Shown one piece after another: positions 19,570-28,592 of a DNA stretch of 64,000 nt. The position numbers were made by a program, and so were the translations under genes. Location: positions 11,387 through 75,386 of the forward strand of contig JBBCAV010000153.1 in the NCBI GenBank assembly GCA_051382305.1. Reading direction: 5' to 3'. The DNA comes from Bdellovibrionota bacterium FG-2. GTDB lineage: Bacteria > Bdellovibrionota > UBA1018. Each line of letters starts with the position of its first letter. The first letter of the stretch is position 1. The notes below the pieces were generated by a model. The model had not been told where the DNA came from and made no database searches. It saw nothing but the letters and a program-made list of their open reading frames with translations.

Positions 19570-20873
19570 AAAAATACTCCTCCGCCACTAAGGGTCGCCT
19601 GCAGAGGATAAACCTCTAGCAACTCGCCTTCTCTCAAAACATCAATAGACTCTGGCAATACCGCCCAGGCGTTAGCCTCCAAAAGCGGACTCACCATGAA
19701 CGAAGCTTGTCCCTGCAAAATCTTCACACGCGCCTGCCCATCTTGCGCGCTTACACGAAGCTGCGCCTTATAGAAACACTCCAAACCCGGAGGTTTCTTC
19801 ACAACGCCCTCAAGTTTCGCCCAAATAGCTGACTCGTTCTTTAACCCCATTAGATTTCTCAAAAAAGGAACGACAAAAAAACGCAAGCCAACTGCTGTCG
19901 AAACGGGGTTCCCGGGAACGCCAAAAAATGAAACGTTTCCGAGCTTAGCAAAAAGAATTGGTTTTCCGGGTCGAATCTTGACCTTATGAAAAAACACTTC
20001 AGCGCCTTTTTTTTCTAGGACTTGCGCGACAAAATCAAATTTGCCCATCGATACAGCACCTGTTGTTAAAACGACATCTGGTTTTTCCGCCAGTACACGA
20101 TCTAAGACGCGCTCAAACTCCCGCGCATCATCTTGAATATTGCCAAAAAATGTAGCTTGAGCCCCAAAGGTTTTTAGAGAGGCTTCAAGATACGGGGCGC
20201 TGGAGTTTCGGATAGTTCCCGGTTTTAGGCCAACTTTAAGTGCCCCGGTATCCAGATCCACAAGCTCGCGGCCCGTAGAGAGAAAAATCACTTTGGGTTT
20301 TCTCAGCACTTCAAGCTTGGCAATCCCTAATGAAGCGAACGCCATGATGCACTCTGGGGTGATGCCCCGCCCCTTTTCGCCTATTTGCTGCTCGCGTTTA
20401 AAATCTTCACCTATAAAACGAACATTTTCCCCAGGTTTTAGGGCTTTTCGTAAAATCACCTCCTGTGGGTTGCCCTTTGCGTCGCGCACCAATTCAACAT
20501 CTTCGATCTTAACCACACCATCAAATTTCATCGAACCGTGTGACACCGGCATCGGGGCCCCAGTCATAATCTCGAATACGCCCCCCTCGGCCGCAGGATA
20601 ATCAACGCAAATGGGGGCATCGCCTGCCGATATGCAACCCAACGCTTTCAACTTCAGAGGCGCTGCCGGAGAGGCAGAAAAAGTAAGCAGTGCGTTGACC
20701 GCAAATCCATCCATGGCCGAATTGTCAAAAGAAGGGACTGCCTCTGGTGAAAAGAGATCGGTAGCCAAAACACGTCCCAAAGACTGATCAAGACTCACAC
20801 TCTCCACACCCCAGGGCCCGAAACTCTGCGCGACTTGCGTTAGGATTCCGCGCGCTTTAGTGTAAGATAGCAC
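19566..20873 (-). CDS. moeA: molybdopterin molybdotransferase
   Basis: FDNSAMDGFA, IMTGAPMP, STGREL, TTGAVSMGKFD, RPGKP and PGNPVS motifs. Confidence 0.95.
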   Translation of the reverse strand: MLSYTKARGILTQVAQSFGPWGVESVSLDQSLGRVLATDLFSPEAVPSFDNSAMDGFAVNALLTFSASPAAPLKLKALGCISAGDAPICVDYPAAEGGVFEIMTGAPMPVSHGSMKFDGVVKIEDVELVRDAKGNPQEVILRKALKPGENVRFIGEDFKREQQIGEKGRGITPECIMAFASLGIAKLEVLRKPKVIFLSTGRELVDLDTGALKVGLKPGTIRNSSAPYLEASLKTFGAQATFFGNIQDDAREFERVLDRVLAEKPDVVLTTGAVSMGKFDFVAQVLEKKGAEVFFHKVKIRPGKPILFAKLGNVSFFGVPGNPVSTAVGLRFFVVPFLRNLMGLKNESAIWAKLEGVVKKPPGLECFYKAQLRVSAQDGQARVKILQGQASFMVSPLLEANAWAVLPESIDVLREGELLEVYPLQATLSGGGVFL

Positions 20874-22042
20874 AACCCCTCCTCAAGAACCTCAAACGCA
20901 ATTGCCACGCACAACACCCAAAGCATATTGTTCGTGAGGACTGTGACCCCGGCCGCCACAAGAAGTTTCAGTTTCCCAACAGGCAGCCGCCAAGTTTCAA
21001 CAGCCAATCCCATATGGAAAACTCCCGTCGCCATGAGCAGGGAGGAAAGCAAAAACGGCGCAATCCCAAGTCCTGAGGGCCCAAACCAAAAGCCAAGCAA
21101 AGCCACGGCCATCACGATGTTTGATAAAGCGCTTCGTGCACCGCCCGAGCCATGGCAAAAAGGGAGTCCCGCGACAGCGGCCGTTAGGAGATTCCCCAAT
21201 CCAATCGAAACGAGCAGACTCTTGATGCTCACACGATGGACTGATTCTCCAAAATAGCGATCCACGGCCTGTTTCGTTCCCAGCACAGAATTCGTGAGCG
21301 TCAAAGCTTCGGGGGTAATATCGCGAGGAGAAATTCCGGTGCCGCCTGCAACGACAATAAGATCTGCTTTGTCCGTTTTCGAAAACCTCTCGATAGCAGC
21401 CGCCACCAAAGCCACCTCATCGGCAACGACTCGCAAGCAGATGTCGCTTGCGCCTTGGGCTTTCAAGATCTCGACCGCTTTGGGGCCTGAAGTGTCCTGT
21501 GCGTCTCCGCGCGAGCAGCGATCGCTGACGATGAGCACGCGCGCACGAACACCATTCAACGCAAGCGCCGCTTGAGGCTCCGCAGCAGCAGGGGCATGAT
21601 TGGGATTAACCCACACACCTGATTTGCCCCCCTCTTTTACGCTCAGGTGAATGCCCGAGATCGTCAGTACCGGATCAATCCCCTTCGTCAAATCATAGAC
21701 GCACAAAAGCGCCGCACTCACGCCGGCTAAGGCTTCCATCTCCACACCCGTTTTTGCAAAAGCGTGGGCTTCGCAACTGACAACGACTTCAGAGCCTTGG
21801 ACTTCACACTTCACATAGACCGCATCTAACGGCAAAGGATGGCAAAGTGGCAGCGTTTCAGAAACTCGCTTAGCACCCATGATGCCTGTCATTTCGGCAA
21901 GCGCCAGCACGTCACCTTTAGGCATATCCCGAGCCGCAATTCGCTGAGCCGTCTGGATCGCCATTTCGATTTTGCCGAAGGCCACCGCGCGACGATGAGT
22001 CGAAGTCTTCTCTCCTACGTTGATCATTTTAAAAGTACTCAT
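20840..22042 (-). CDS. moaC: MoaC fused to a truncated MogA/MoaB domain and a C-terminal molybdate transporter (MOT1-like) fragment
   Basis: MINVGEK, KGDVL, PLCHP, TGVEMEAL and YDLTK (MoaC); VSDR...DTSG, GGTGISPRDITPEA (MogA); LTLTNSV...PFCHGSGG (MOT1). Confidence 0.85.
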   Translation of the reverse strand: MSTFKMINVGEKTSTHRRAVAFGKIEMAIQTAQRIAARDMPKGDVLALAEMTGIMGAKRVSETLPLCHPLPLDAVYVKCEVQGSEVVVSCEAHAFAKTGVEMEALAGVSAALLCVYDLTKGIDPVLTISGIHLSVKEGGKSGVWVNPNHAPAAAEPQAALALNGVRARVLIVSDRCSRGDAQDTSGPKAVEILKAQGASDICLRVVADEVALVAAAIERFSKTDKADLIVVAGGTGISPRDITPEALTLTNSVLGTKQAVDRYFGESVHRVSIKSLLVSIGLGNLLTAAVAGLPFCHGSGGARSALSNIVMAVALLGFWFGPSGLGIAPFLLSSLLMATGVFHMGLAVETWRLPVGKLKLLVAAGVTVLTNNMLWVLCVAIAFEVLEEGLCYLTLKRAES

Positions 22043-22045
22043 GAG

Positions 22046-23068
22046 CTAGCCCCCTATTTGCGAAAGATTTTCGATATTTCCCAGGCGCCCCTGACGTAAC
22101 CCATGAGCTTCGGGTTTTAACTTCAACACTGTGCGCACGCGATCCAGCAACTCGCTTTGTTGATCAGGGCTTTGCAATAAATCGCGCAAGCTCGCCGTTT
22201 GATTTCCATCCCCAAAAAGACAAAGCCGCAAAGCGCCTTTAGCGCTCACCCTGAGTCGATTGCAACCGTCACACAAACCTTCTTGATAAGGAGAAATCAA
22301 TCCCACACTTCCCGCATAATTCGGATGCCCATACTCAAGCGCTGGGCCATCCGTAGATGATTTGGATTTTGGACTAAAACCGAGGCCAACAAACTTTGAC
22401 CTCAAAGCATCTAAAGACAAATGAGCCTGCTCAAAAACCCCTGCTGCGCTGCGAGTTTGCATGAGTTCTATAAAGCGAATACTAAGCTTTTCAGTTCTCG
22501 CCCAATGAAGGTAGGCATCAATATCTTGATCGTTTAGCCCCTTCATCAACACGACATTGATCTTAATCGATTCAAACCCAGCGTCCTGAGCCGCTCGAAC
22601 GCCCGCCAAGACTCCATCTCGACGATCCATCCCCGTGATAGAGCGGAACCCCTCGCGAGTAAGACTATCAACACTTACATTGATTTGATCCACGCCCGCT
22701 TCTTTGAGCGAACTAGCCAAAGCCTTCAATCGGTAACCATTCGTCGTAAGCGCAAGGGTATGGATTCCTGACACCTGTTTAGCAACGCGCGCGATCTCCA
22801 GAATATCGGCACGAACCGTAGGCTCACCTCCTGTCAAGCGGACCTTCGTCACGCCTAAAGTGGTAAAAGCAGAAAGGAGATTTTGAATTTCAATGGGGGT
22901 CAAAAAAGGGTTCAAAGAATCGGGGGCAATACTCCCGCACTTCTCGGCAACGTAACCCTTGGGCAGGCAATAGACGCAACGAAAGTTACACACATCCGTG
23001 ATCGAAAGCCTGAGGTAATTAAATGTGCGCCCAAAGGGATCGGCCAAGCCGATCCCGGAATTATTCAC
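22046..23068 (-). CDS. moaA: GTP 3',8-cyclase
   Basis: YLRLSITDVCNFRCVYC, TGGEP, RFIELM, CDGCNRLR...LCL and the IGG end. Confidence 0.96.
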   Translation of the reverse strand: MNNSGIGLADPFGRTFNYLRLSITDVCNFRCVYCLPKGYVAEKCGSIAPDSLNPFLTPIEIQNLLSAFTTLGVTKVRLTGGEPTVRADILEIARVAKQVSGIHTLALTTNGYRLKALASSLKEAGVDQINVSVDSLTREGFRSITGMDRRDGVLAGVRAAQDAGFESIKINVVLMKGLNDQDIDAYLHWARTEKLSIRFIELMQTRSAAGVFEQAHLSLDALRSKFVGLGFSPKSKSSTDGPALEYGHPNYAGSVGLISPYQEGLCDGCNRLRVSAKGALRLCLFGDGNQTASLRDLLQSPDQQSELLDRVRTVLKLKPEAHGLRQGRLGNIENLSQIGG

Positions 23069-23076
23069 TGTAATTA

Positions 23077-23222
23077 GCCCCTTTCCAAACGCGGAAGGTC
23101 AATACTTACGCGGAAGTTTTGTCCGTACGCTACTCCACAATTTAAAGACTTGCAATTGGCCCAAAAACCTCTATAAAGGCCCTCGCACCTTTTCAGCCCC
23201 AAGGGTGTCCCTTTTAGAGTTG
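23077..23222 (-). ncRNA. Moco RNA motif (molybdenum cofactor riboswitch candidate)
   Basis: moaA leader reads ACTCTA...CACC...CTGAAAAGGTG...CCTTCCGCGTTTGGAAAGG, matching remembered features of the E. coli moaA leader, including the RBS-sequestering 3' stem. Confidence 0.75.
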
Positions 23223-23324
23223 ACGCAACAAGTTGCTCCTGATAGACGCTACGCATCTAGCGGGATTCGTTTGGGACGTTGAACCTACAAAGTAACTTTA
23301 CTAAGAAGTCTTAGGAGGACTTAT

Positions 23325-24422
23325 ATGCAGATTATTTCAAATCGTTTAGCACTCGTTCTATCATTGGGTCTGCTGTTGGGAACAACTTCGCAGGCCCTAG
23401 CTGCGGCCCCTGAAGATGTCGCAATCGATCCCATTACCGGGGACACCTTTGTAATCGAAAAAAGCCAGAATCCCCATGGTACTCTCTTGATCCTAAACGA
23501 TCACGACGAAAATTTTAAACAAACCCTAGACCTGCTTGATACCCCTTCAGATAACGCCAAGTTTGAAGTGAAGCTCAACGAATCAGGCAACTTAACCTAC
23601 CTCGTCTCCGTAGACGGTTTGTGGATGATGGGAAGCGTAAAGAAGACCGACAAAGGTTGGGCTAAGACTTCTCTTCGCAAAGCGATCAGTGGCCAAGGCG
23701 AAGCCCAAGGCTTAGCCGCTCTTCCAGATGGCCGCGTCGGGGTCACCGTGAGTTCTAACGAAGCGCCCGATGGCGAAATTCTCTTGGTAAACACCCCTGT
23801 TCAAACAGGCTCAAATTACCAGGTCATTGAAAAAATTCCTGCCGCTGTCATCGAAAACAGTGTCAATCAAGTCGTGGCTGAAATGGCCGCAAAACCAGAA
23901 TCCGAAAACACAGGATCCGGCCACGGATTGGGATTTGCGGCTGGCGTTGAAGCCGGAGTCGGAATTGCTTATCGTCGCCATTTTGAAAACAAATGGGGCA
24001 TGCAACTCGCCGGGATCGCCTTTGGTAGCAGCTCCTCCGTGAACGCAAACTTTGGCGCCACGATTCTACGCACGCTGGCCAAGACCCAGATCGTTCGGTT
24101 TTACGCCCTTGCCGGGGTCAGCGCTTTTTATAGCGGCAATAACAACCAAACCTACGCGCCTTGCCCTATAAGCTATGATCCCTACGGCAATCCCATCAAG
24201 GATCCTAATTCAACCTGCGGAAACGAACCTGCGACGAGCACCTGGAACAATAACTGGATGTTAAACTTCGGCATGGGTATAGGGATTGAATTCACGATCG
24301 CTAAGACCATCGGCCTAGCCATCGAACTTCCTGTCACCGTGTCGTTCCAAACGGAGCAAGGTAACCTCAAGTTCAATTATGTTTACCCGATTCCAAGCGC
24401 CGCACTCATTTACTATTTCTAA
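23325..24422 (+). CDS. secreted/outer-membrane protein with probable C-terminal beta-barrel
   Basis: AGGAGG RBS, signal peptide, alternating beta-strands in the C-terminal half, terminal YYF. Confidence 0.7.
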   Translation: MQIISNRLALVLSLGLLLGTTSQALAAAPEDVAIDPITGDTFVIEKSQNPHGTLLILNDHDENFKQTLDLLDTPSDNAKFEVKLNESGNLTYLVSVDGLWMMGSVKKTDKGWAKTSLRKAISGQGEAQGLAALPDGRVGVTVSSNEAPDGEILLVNTPVQTGSNYQVIEKIPAAVIENSVNQVVAEMAAKPESENTGSGHGLGFAAGVEAGVGIAYRRHFENKWGMQLAGIAFGSSSSVNANFGATILRTLAKTQIVRFYALAGVSAFYSGNNNQTYAPCPISYDPYGNPIKDPNSTCGNEPATSTWNNNWMLNFGMGIGIEFTIAKTIGLAIELPVTVSFQTEQGNLKFNYVYPIPSAALIYYF

Positions 24423-25545
24423 GACTGTAGTAGTGGGGATGTCCGGCGGAGTTGATTCCGCCGTGGCATCCCTTCTGCTTAAACAGCAGGGCTACAACGT
24501 CATTGGGCTGTTCATCAAAAGTTGGAATGAGAAAGATCCTGATGGCAGTTGCACCTCTGCGCGTGACTTCAGCGACCTCGAGCGAATTTGCGCAAAACTT
24601 CAAATCCCCTACACTTCCGTCGATCTCGTCAAAGACTACTGGGATCGTGTTTTTTCAAACTTCTTAGCCGAAATCAAAGCAGGCTTTACACCCAACCCCG
24701 ACATCTTGTGTAATCGCGAAATCAAATTCGATGTATTCTTGGAAAAAGCGCGCGAACTCGGCGCAGACTTCTTCGCCACCGGTCATTATTGCAGACTCGA
24801 GCACGACACTCACGGCAGCCCCACCCTCCTCAAAGGTTTGGATACAAACAAGGACCAAAGCTATTTTCTTCACGCCGTAAAAGGCGAAGCGCTAAGAAAC
24901 GTCCTCTTCCCACTGGGCGCGATGACCAAACCCGAAATCCGTAAAATCGCAGAAGCCGCCGGAATCTCAGTGTTTGCCAAAAAAGGGAGCACCGGCATTT
25001 GCTTTATTGGCGAGCGCCGGTTTCGCCCTTTTTTGAAGCAATACCTTTCGGCAAATGAAGGTGAAATTCGCACCTTAGATGAAAAGCGCGTAGGCACTCA
25101 CATGGGGAGTGCCTACTTCACGCTGGGCCAACGTAAAGGTCTGGGCTTAGGCGGCGAAGGCGAGCCATGGTTTATCGTTAAAAAAGACACTGTGAGAAAC
25201 ATCCTTTATGTAGCTCGCGGCGACGATCATCCCGCGCTTTATGCGAAGACCCTTTTTGCGGAGAATCCGACATGGATTTCTGGTGTGGCACCCGGCGAGA
25301 ATCCCAAAGCCCCCTATCGCTGCTGGGCCAAAATCCGGTATCGGCAAGCGGATCAGGCGTGCACGATCACGGCTCACGGATCTGAGGGCGGCTTGCGAGT
25401 GGATTTTGATGAACCCCAGCGCGCGATTGCTCCCGGCCAGTTTGCCGTCTTTTACCAAGGCGATGTGTGCTTAGGTGGTGCAGTTATTCGTGGAGTGGGG
25501 GATCCTGAGCCTTTGCCTGAGCCTTTGCCTGAGCTTTTGCCTTAG
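24379..25545 (+). CDS. mnmA: tRNA 2-thiouridylase
   Basis: GMSGGVDS, TPNPDILCN.EIKF, ATGHY, KDQSYFL, STGICFIG, GQRKGLG and PGQFAVFY motifs. Confidence 0.96.
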   Translation: MFTRFQAPHSFTISKTVVVGMSGGVDSAVASLLLKQQGYNVIGLFIKSWNEKDPDGSCTSARDFSDLERICAKLQIPYTSVDLVKDYWDRVFSNFLAEIKAGFTPNPDILCNREIKFDVFLEKARELGADFFATGHYCRLEHDTHGSPTLLKGLDTNKDQSYFLHAVKGEALRNVLFPLGAMTKPEIRKIAEAAGISVFAKKGSTGICFIGERRFRPFLKQYLSANEGEIRTLDEKRVGTHMGSAYFTLGQRKGLGLGGEGEPWFIVKKDTVRNILYVARGDDHPALYAKTLFAENPTWISGVAPGENPKAPYRCWAKIRYRQADQACTITAHGSEGGLRVDFDEPQRAIAPGQFAVFYQGDVCLGGAVIRGVGDPEPLPEPLPELLP

Positions 25546-26047
25546 ATTCCGCCCGGACACTCGCCGCAATTGTCCTTCTTGATTGCTTTTGTTGATCCGC
25601 CAAAAGAAAGCTCTGATAAAAAGTATTTCCCTCATTAATTCTTTCAACTTTTCTAGACTGCTCTATGGCCACGCTCCGATCTTTTTCTAAACCAACAAAC
25701 AGTTTTTGCGCGGCAATTTGGGGCCTAAAATCCTCAGTGAAGGGACGCTCCATCTCGGCGACTAGAATCTGTTTTGCGGCGTTCTCAGACGCTGCATTCT
25801 TTGCCCTGACCGCAATGCGATGGGCTAAGCGCACGCATTCCAATCGATAGCTAGCGGGCATCGATGTCTCGCGTTTCAATACGGCACTCAGCGCACCGAG
25901 ATAACTGATCGGATTCTCGCTAATTGCTTTGAATTCATCGCTGCGTAAAGCCAATGACATCATCGTCCGCCGCTGGCGAATCTTCAGCGAAGCCCCCACC
26001 CTCCGTCCACGTTTCTTGCCCACAGAGGGATCGCTATCGGGAGACAA
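25484..26047 (-). CDS. hypothetical helical protein or gene remnant
   Basis: 187-aa ORF filling the gap between mnmA and the NTase gene; no recognisable motif or RBS. Confidence 0.35.
   Translation of the reverse strand: MSPDSDPSVGKKRGRRVGASLKIRQRRTMMSLALRSDEFKAISENPISYLGALSAVLKRETSMPASYRLECVRLAHRIAVRAKNAASENAAKQILVAEMERPFTEDFRPQIAAQKLFVGLEKDRSVAIEQSRKVERINEGNTFYQSFLLADQQKQSRRTIAASVRAESKAKAQAKAQAKAQDPPLHE
25504..25539. repeat. 12-bp tandem repeat x3 at the mnmA 3' end
   Basis: CCTGAGCCTTTG x2 plus CCTGAGCTTTTG; encodes PEPL repeats. Confidence 0.85.
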
Positions 26048-26114
26048 GAGTTTGCCGCGATCGCGTCACAACAGTCTGAACGTCGACATCTAGTTAGAAA
26101 GTCTTAATCGGAAC

Positions 26115-26657
26115 TCACCTGGACTTCAGTGCTTCTTGCATTTGGTCATAGCGTAACAATTTTTCCCGATCAGCCGACGCATCCCTTAATTTTCCGATCA
26201 AGCGAACCAGTGTTTTTCCTTCCGAAGATGATAGTTCGGCTGATTTTAACTTGAGCATTTCAAGACAGTCTCGAAAATCAGATTCCGATAACCGAGACAA
26301 TTTCAACTGAAGGAAAAGCATCACGCTCGGACGATAAATCTTTGCCTGTCCCTGCTGAATTAGAACGAGATGATTCTTGAAATCCGGAATTTTTTGCAGA
26401 AAAAAGGCAGCGGCCCCATTCACGGTTTCAATGGGTAACCCTAACTCCTCGCAAATCGTCATGATCTTTAAACTCTGATCATTCGTCATGGCCTCGACTG
26501 GAACAAAATCGATATCAGTCGTCGTGCGATAGGAGTGCCCAAGATACGGCAAGACCGTTCCTCCTAAGAGCACCCACTCCCCGCTTAGCCGCCCAGAAGC
26601 CAGCTTCAAGAATCGCTTTAGCAGTTTCTCATCAAGACTCTTCACCACAGGGGTCAC
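26115..26657 (-). CDS. Pol-beta superfamily nucleotidyltransferase (AbiEii/DUF6036-like)
   Basis: LLGGTVL...RTTTDIDF and C-terminal LKLSR...D..D; overlaps the upstream stop. Confidence 0.8.
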   Translation of the reverse strand: MTPVVKSLDEKLLKRFLKLASGRLSGEWVLLGGTVLPYLGHSYRTTTDIDFVPVEAMTNDQSLKIMTICEELGLPIETVNGAAAFFLQKIPDFKNHLVLIQQGQAKIYRPSVMLFLQLKLSRLSESDFRDCLEMLKLKSAELSSSEGKTLVRLIGKLRDASADREKLLRYDQMQEALKSR

Positions 26658-27178
26658 AAGTACTCCGAAATCTTCGCCAAGGCCAAGCGCCGCAATTTAA
26701 CCACGCGCCCCGATCGTACCCGTGCCATAAACTCGGCCTGCTGGTTTCGTCCGAAATGGGCTCGGAAAAAGGAAGGATAATGCGTCGAAAGCGCCAAAAT
26801 CAACGCCGCAACTGCTTCGGTTTTTCGCGCCTCACATCCACCAGCGCTCGCTTCAATAATCGCGGTGCGGAGCTCTCGAACCAAGTCTTCTTTATTACCT
26901 TGATTGCCCCTATGCCTTGGCCCCAGAGCGCTCGACTGCGCTCGCATCAGAGGCAAACCCAATTCGATGAGTCGGTCCCAATCACAAGTTTTTAGCTGAA
27001 GCTCTACCGAAAAGCCTAAGACTCGGCCCAACTTCTCGAGGGTATCTATCGAAGGATTTGAAGTCCCAGCCTCCAACTGTTGAAGCGTCGGGAGCGCAAT
27101 CTGGGCCTGAGCCGCAAGCTCAACCTGGGTAAGGCCAAGGCATAAGCGTTGAGATCTAACATTTTCCAGAACAGACAT
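26654..27178 (-). CDS. Xre-family HTH regulator with C-terminal helical domain (putative antitoxin)
   Basis: RLCLGLTQVELAAQAQIALPTLQQLEAGTSNPSIDTL. Confidence 0.85.
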   Translation of the reverse strand: MSVLENVRSQRLCLGLTQVELAAQAQIALPTLQQLEAGTSNPSIDTLEKLGRVLGFSVELQLKTCDWDRLIELGLPLMRAQSSALGPRHRGNQGNKEDLVRELRTAIIEASAGGCEARKTEAVAALILALSTHYPSFFRAHFGRNQQAEFMARVRSGRVVKLRRLALAKISEYL

Positions 27179-27213
27179 ACATCTATTAAACCATGTATGC
27201 TAAACTATGTCAA
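27176..27213 (-). promoter_or_regulatory. sigma70 promoter with overlapping palindromic operator; probably leaderless
   Basis: TTGACA-N17-TTTAAT-N6-ATG; CATACAT-N10-ATGTATG inverted repeat spans the -10 box and the start codon. Confidence 0.75.
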
Positions 27214-27220
27214 CTTCGCC

Positions 27221-27814
27221 CTATGCCGCCTTCACTTGGTTACGACCCGAAGCCTTTGCCACATACAGAGCCTTATCCGCCTCGGTTAGAAGCTTCTCGG
27301 ACTCGTACCCCAAGCGCTCCGTAGAGGCGACACCCACACTGATAGAGCACCCGCCAAAGCGCTCTACTTGCCTTCGGACCCGTTCAGCAAGGGTTAAGAG
27401 ATCCTGCTGCGAGCCTTCGGCGGCAATCACGAACTCCTCACCCCCAAAGCGACCTACCACGCAACCTGCAGACTCAAAATTCTTTAGAAGCCCTGCCACT
27501 CGTTTAAGCACCACATCTCCTTCGACATGCCCTAGCGTGTCGTTGATCTTTTTAAAATGATCAATATCCACGATGATCATTCCGCAGTTTTCAGTTTCCT
27601 TCTCACACGTATCCAAAATCGTTTTCCATTTAGCGAAGAAGGCCTTTCTTCTGAGGAGTCCCGTTAGCTCATCGACGTTACACACGCCTTCTAAGTTTTG
27701 AATAACCGAAAGCACCCGAGAGTAGGATGCCTCTAACTCGGTGACTTCACCATGGAGGTTAGAGAGGAGTTGGCGAATCTCGAAGAGGCTTGTTTCTAGG
27801 TGCTTTCGGTCCAT
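27221..27814 (-). CDS. diguanylate cyclase (short coiled coil + GGEEF domain)
   Basis: DELTGL, DIDHFKKINDTLGH..GD, RFGGEEF, ADKALY.AK..GRN; AAGGAG RBS. Confidence 0.93.
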   Translation of the reverse strand: MDRKHLETSLFEIRQLLSNLHGEVTELEASYSRVLSVIQNLEGVCNVDELTGLLRRKAFFAKWKTILDTCEKETENCGMIIVDIDHFKKINDTLGHVEGDVVLKRVAGLLKNFESAGCVVGRFGGEEFVIAAEGSQQDLLTLAERVRRQVERFGGCSISVGVASTERLGYESEKLLTEADKALYVAKASGRNQVKAA

Positions 27815-27843
27815 ATTGTGTTTTCTCCTTGCACACTAAGTAG

Positions 27844-27859
27844 AGCACGCGCAGTGCCA
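27844..27859 (-). promoter_or_regulatory. candidate sigma54 promoter of the diguanylate cyclase
   Basis: TGGCACTGCGCGTGCT (GG-N10-GC), 30 nt upstream of the ATG. Confidence 0.6.
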
Positions 27860-27995
27860 TTAAATTTAGCTGCAAAAACGCGAGGTTACTTAGCGTTCGG
27901 TCCAAGTTACCCTGTGGTACCAAAAGACACACTGATGCGCGCGCGACCTCTTTTTCTACTGGACAACGCTGTGCAGCCACCATATGTTGCACCGC

Positions 27996-28592
27996 ATGAA
28001 AACAATAATGCTGATACTCGCCCTGAGCTTAACAAGCCTAATGCAATTACACAGTGCCCTTGCAAACGATCGCGAAGATCTCACCCCCGGTTTGCTCGAT
28101 GAGATTCAAGCCGTAAAAGATGGCATGAAAAAAACGCGAGTCTACTTGAGTCGCTCACTACACATCAATCGTACCGACTATATCGGAGAATCCGACAGCA
28201 GTGTCGTCGGCGGCGGACTTGAGAAGACCATTAAAGACAAACGTCGCAATGAAGACATTCCCAGAAACGCAAGAGGCCAAATCATCGAAATCAAAGACGA
28301 GCACGTCTGGATCGCTTTCGACAAAGATTGCGAGAGCAGAGAATGCGCTTTTCATTTTCAATTTCGCGCGCGCGAAAACGATACAAGCCGATTCCCCAAG
28401 GAAAAATTCATCTTCAACAACGCCCCGAAGAATCCGGATTTTAGAACCGTGACTTATCGAGCAACCAGTTTTTGGTTCGGGATTTTGAGAACCTCCGAAA
28501 TCATTCATCTCGAAGTCAAATACGACGAAATTCACGAGTTTATCACCGAGTACAAAACTCACCCTGGCGTGGATGCCCCGGACGAGCGCTAA
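27996..28592 (+). CDS. hypothetical secreted protein
   Basis: signal peptide MKTIMLILALSL...ALA. Confidence 0.65.
   Translation: MKTIMLILALSLTSLMQLHSALANDREDLTPGLLDEIQAVKDGMKKTRVYLSRSLHINRTDYIGESDSSVVGGGLEKTIKDKRRNEDIPRNARGQIIEIKDEHVWIAFDKDCESRECAFHFQFRARENDTSRFPKEKFIFNNAPKNPDFRTVTYRATSFWFGILRTSEIIHLEVKYDEIHEFITEYKTHPGVDAPDER

Noticed and set aside
27815-27995. c-di-GMP riboswitch upstream of the diguanylate cyclase
   Set aside because: No GEMM-type GGCAAA/GAAA tetraloop-receptor pattern recognised
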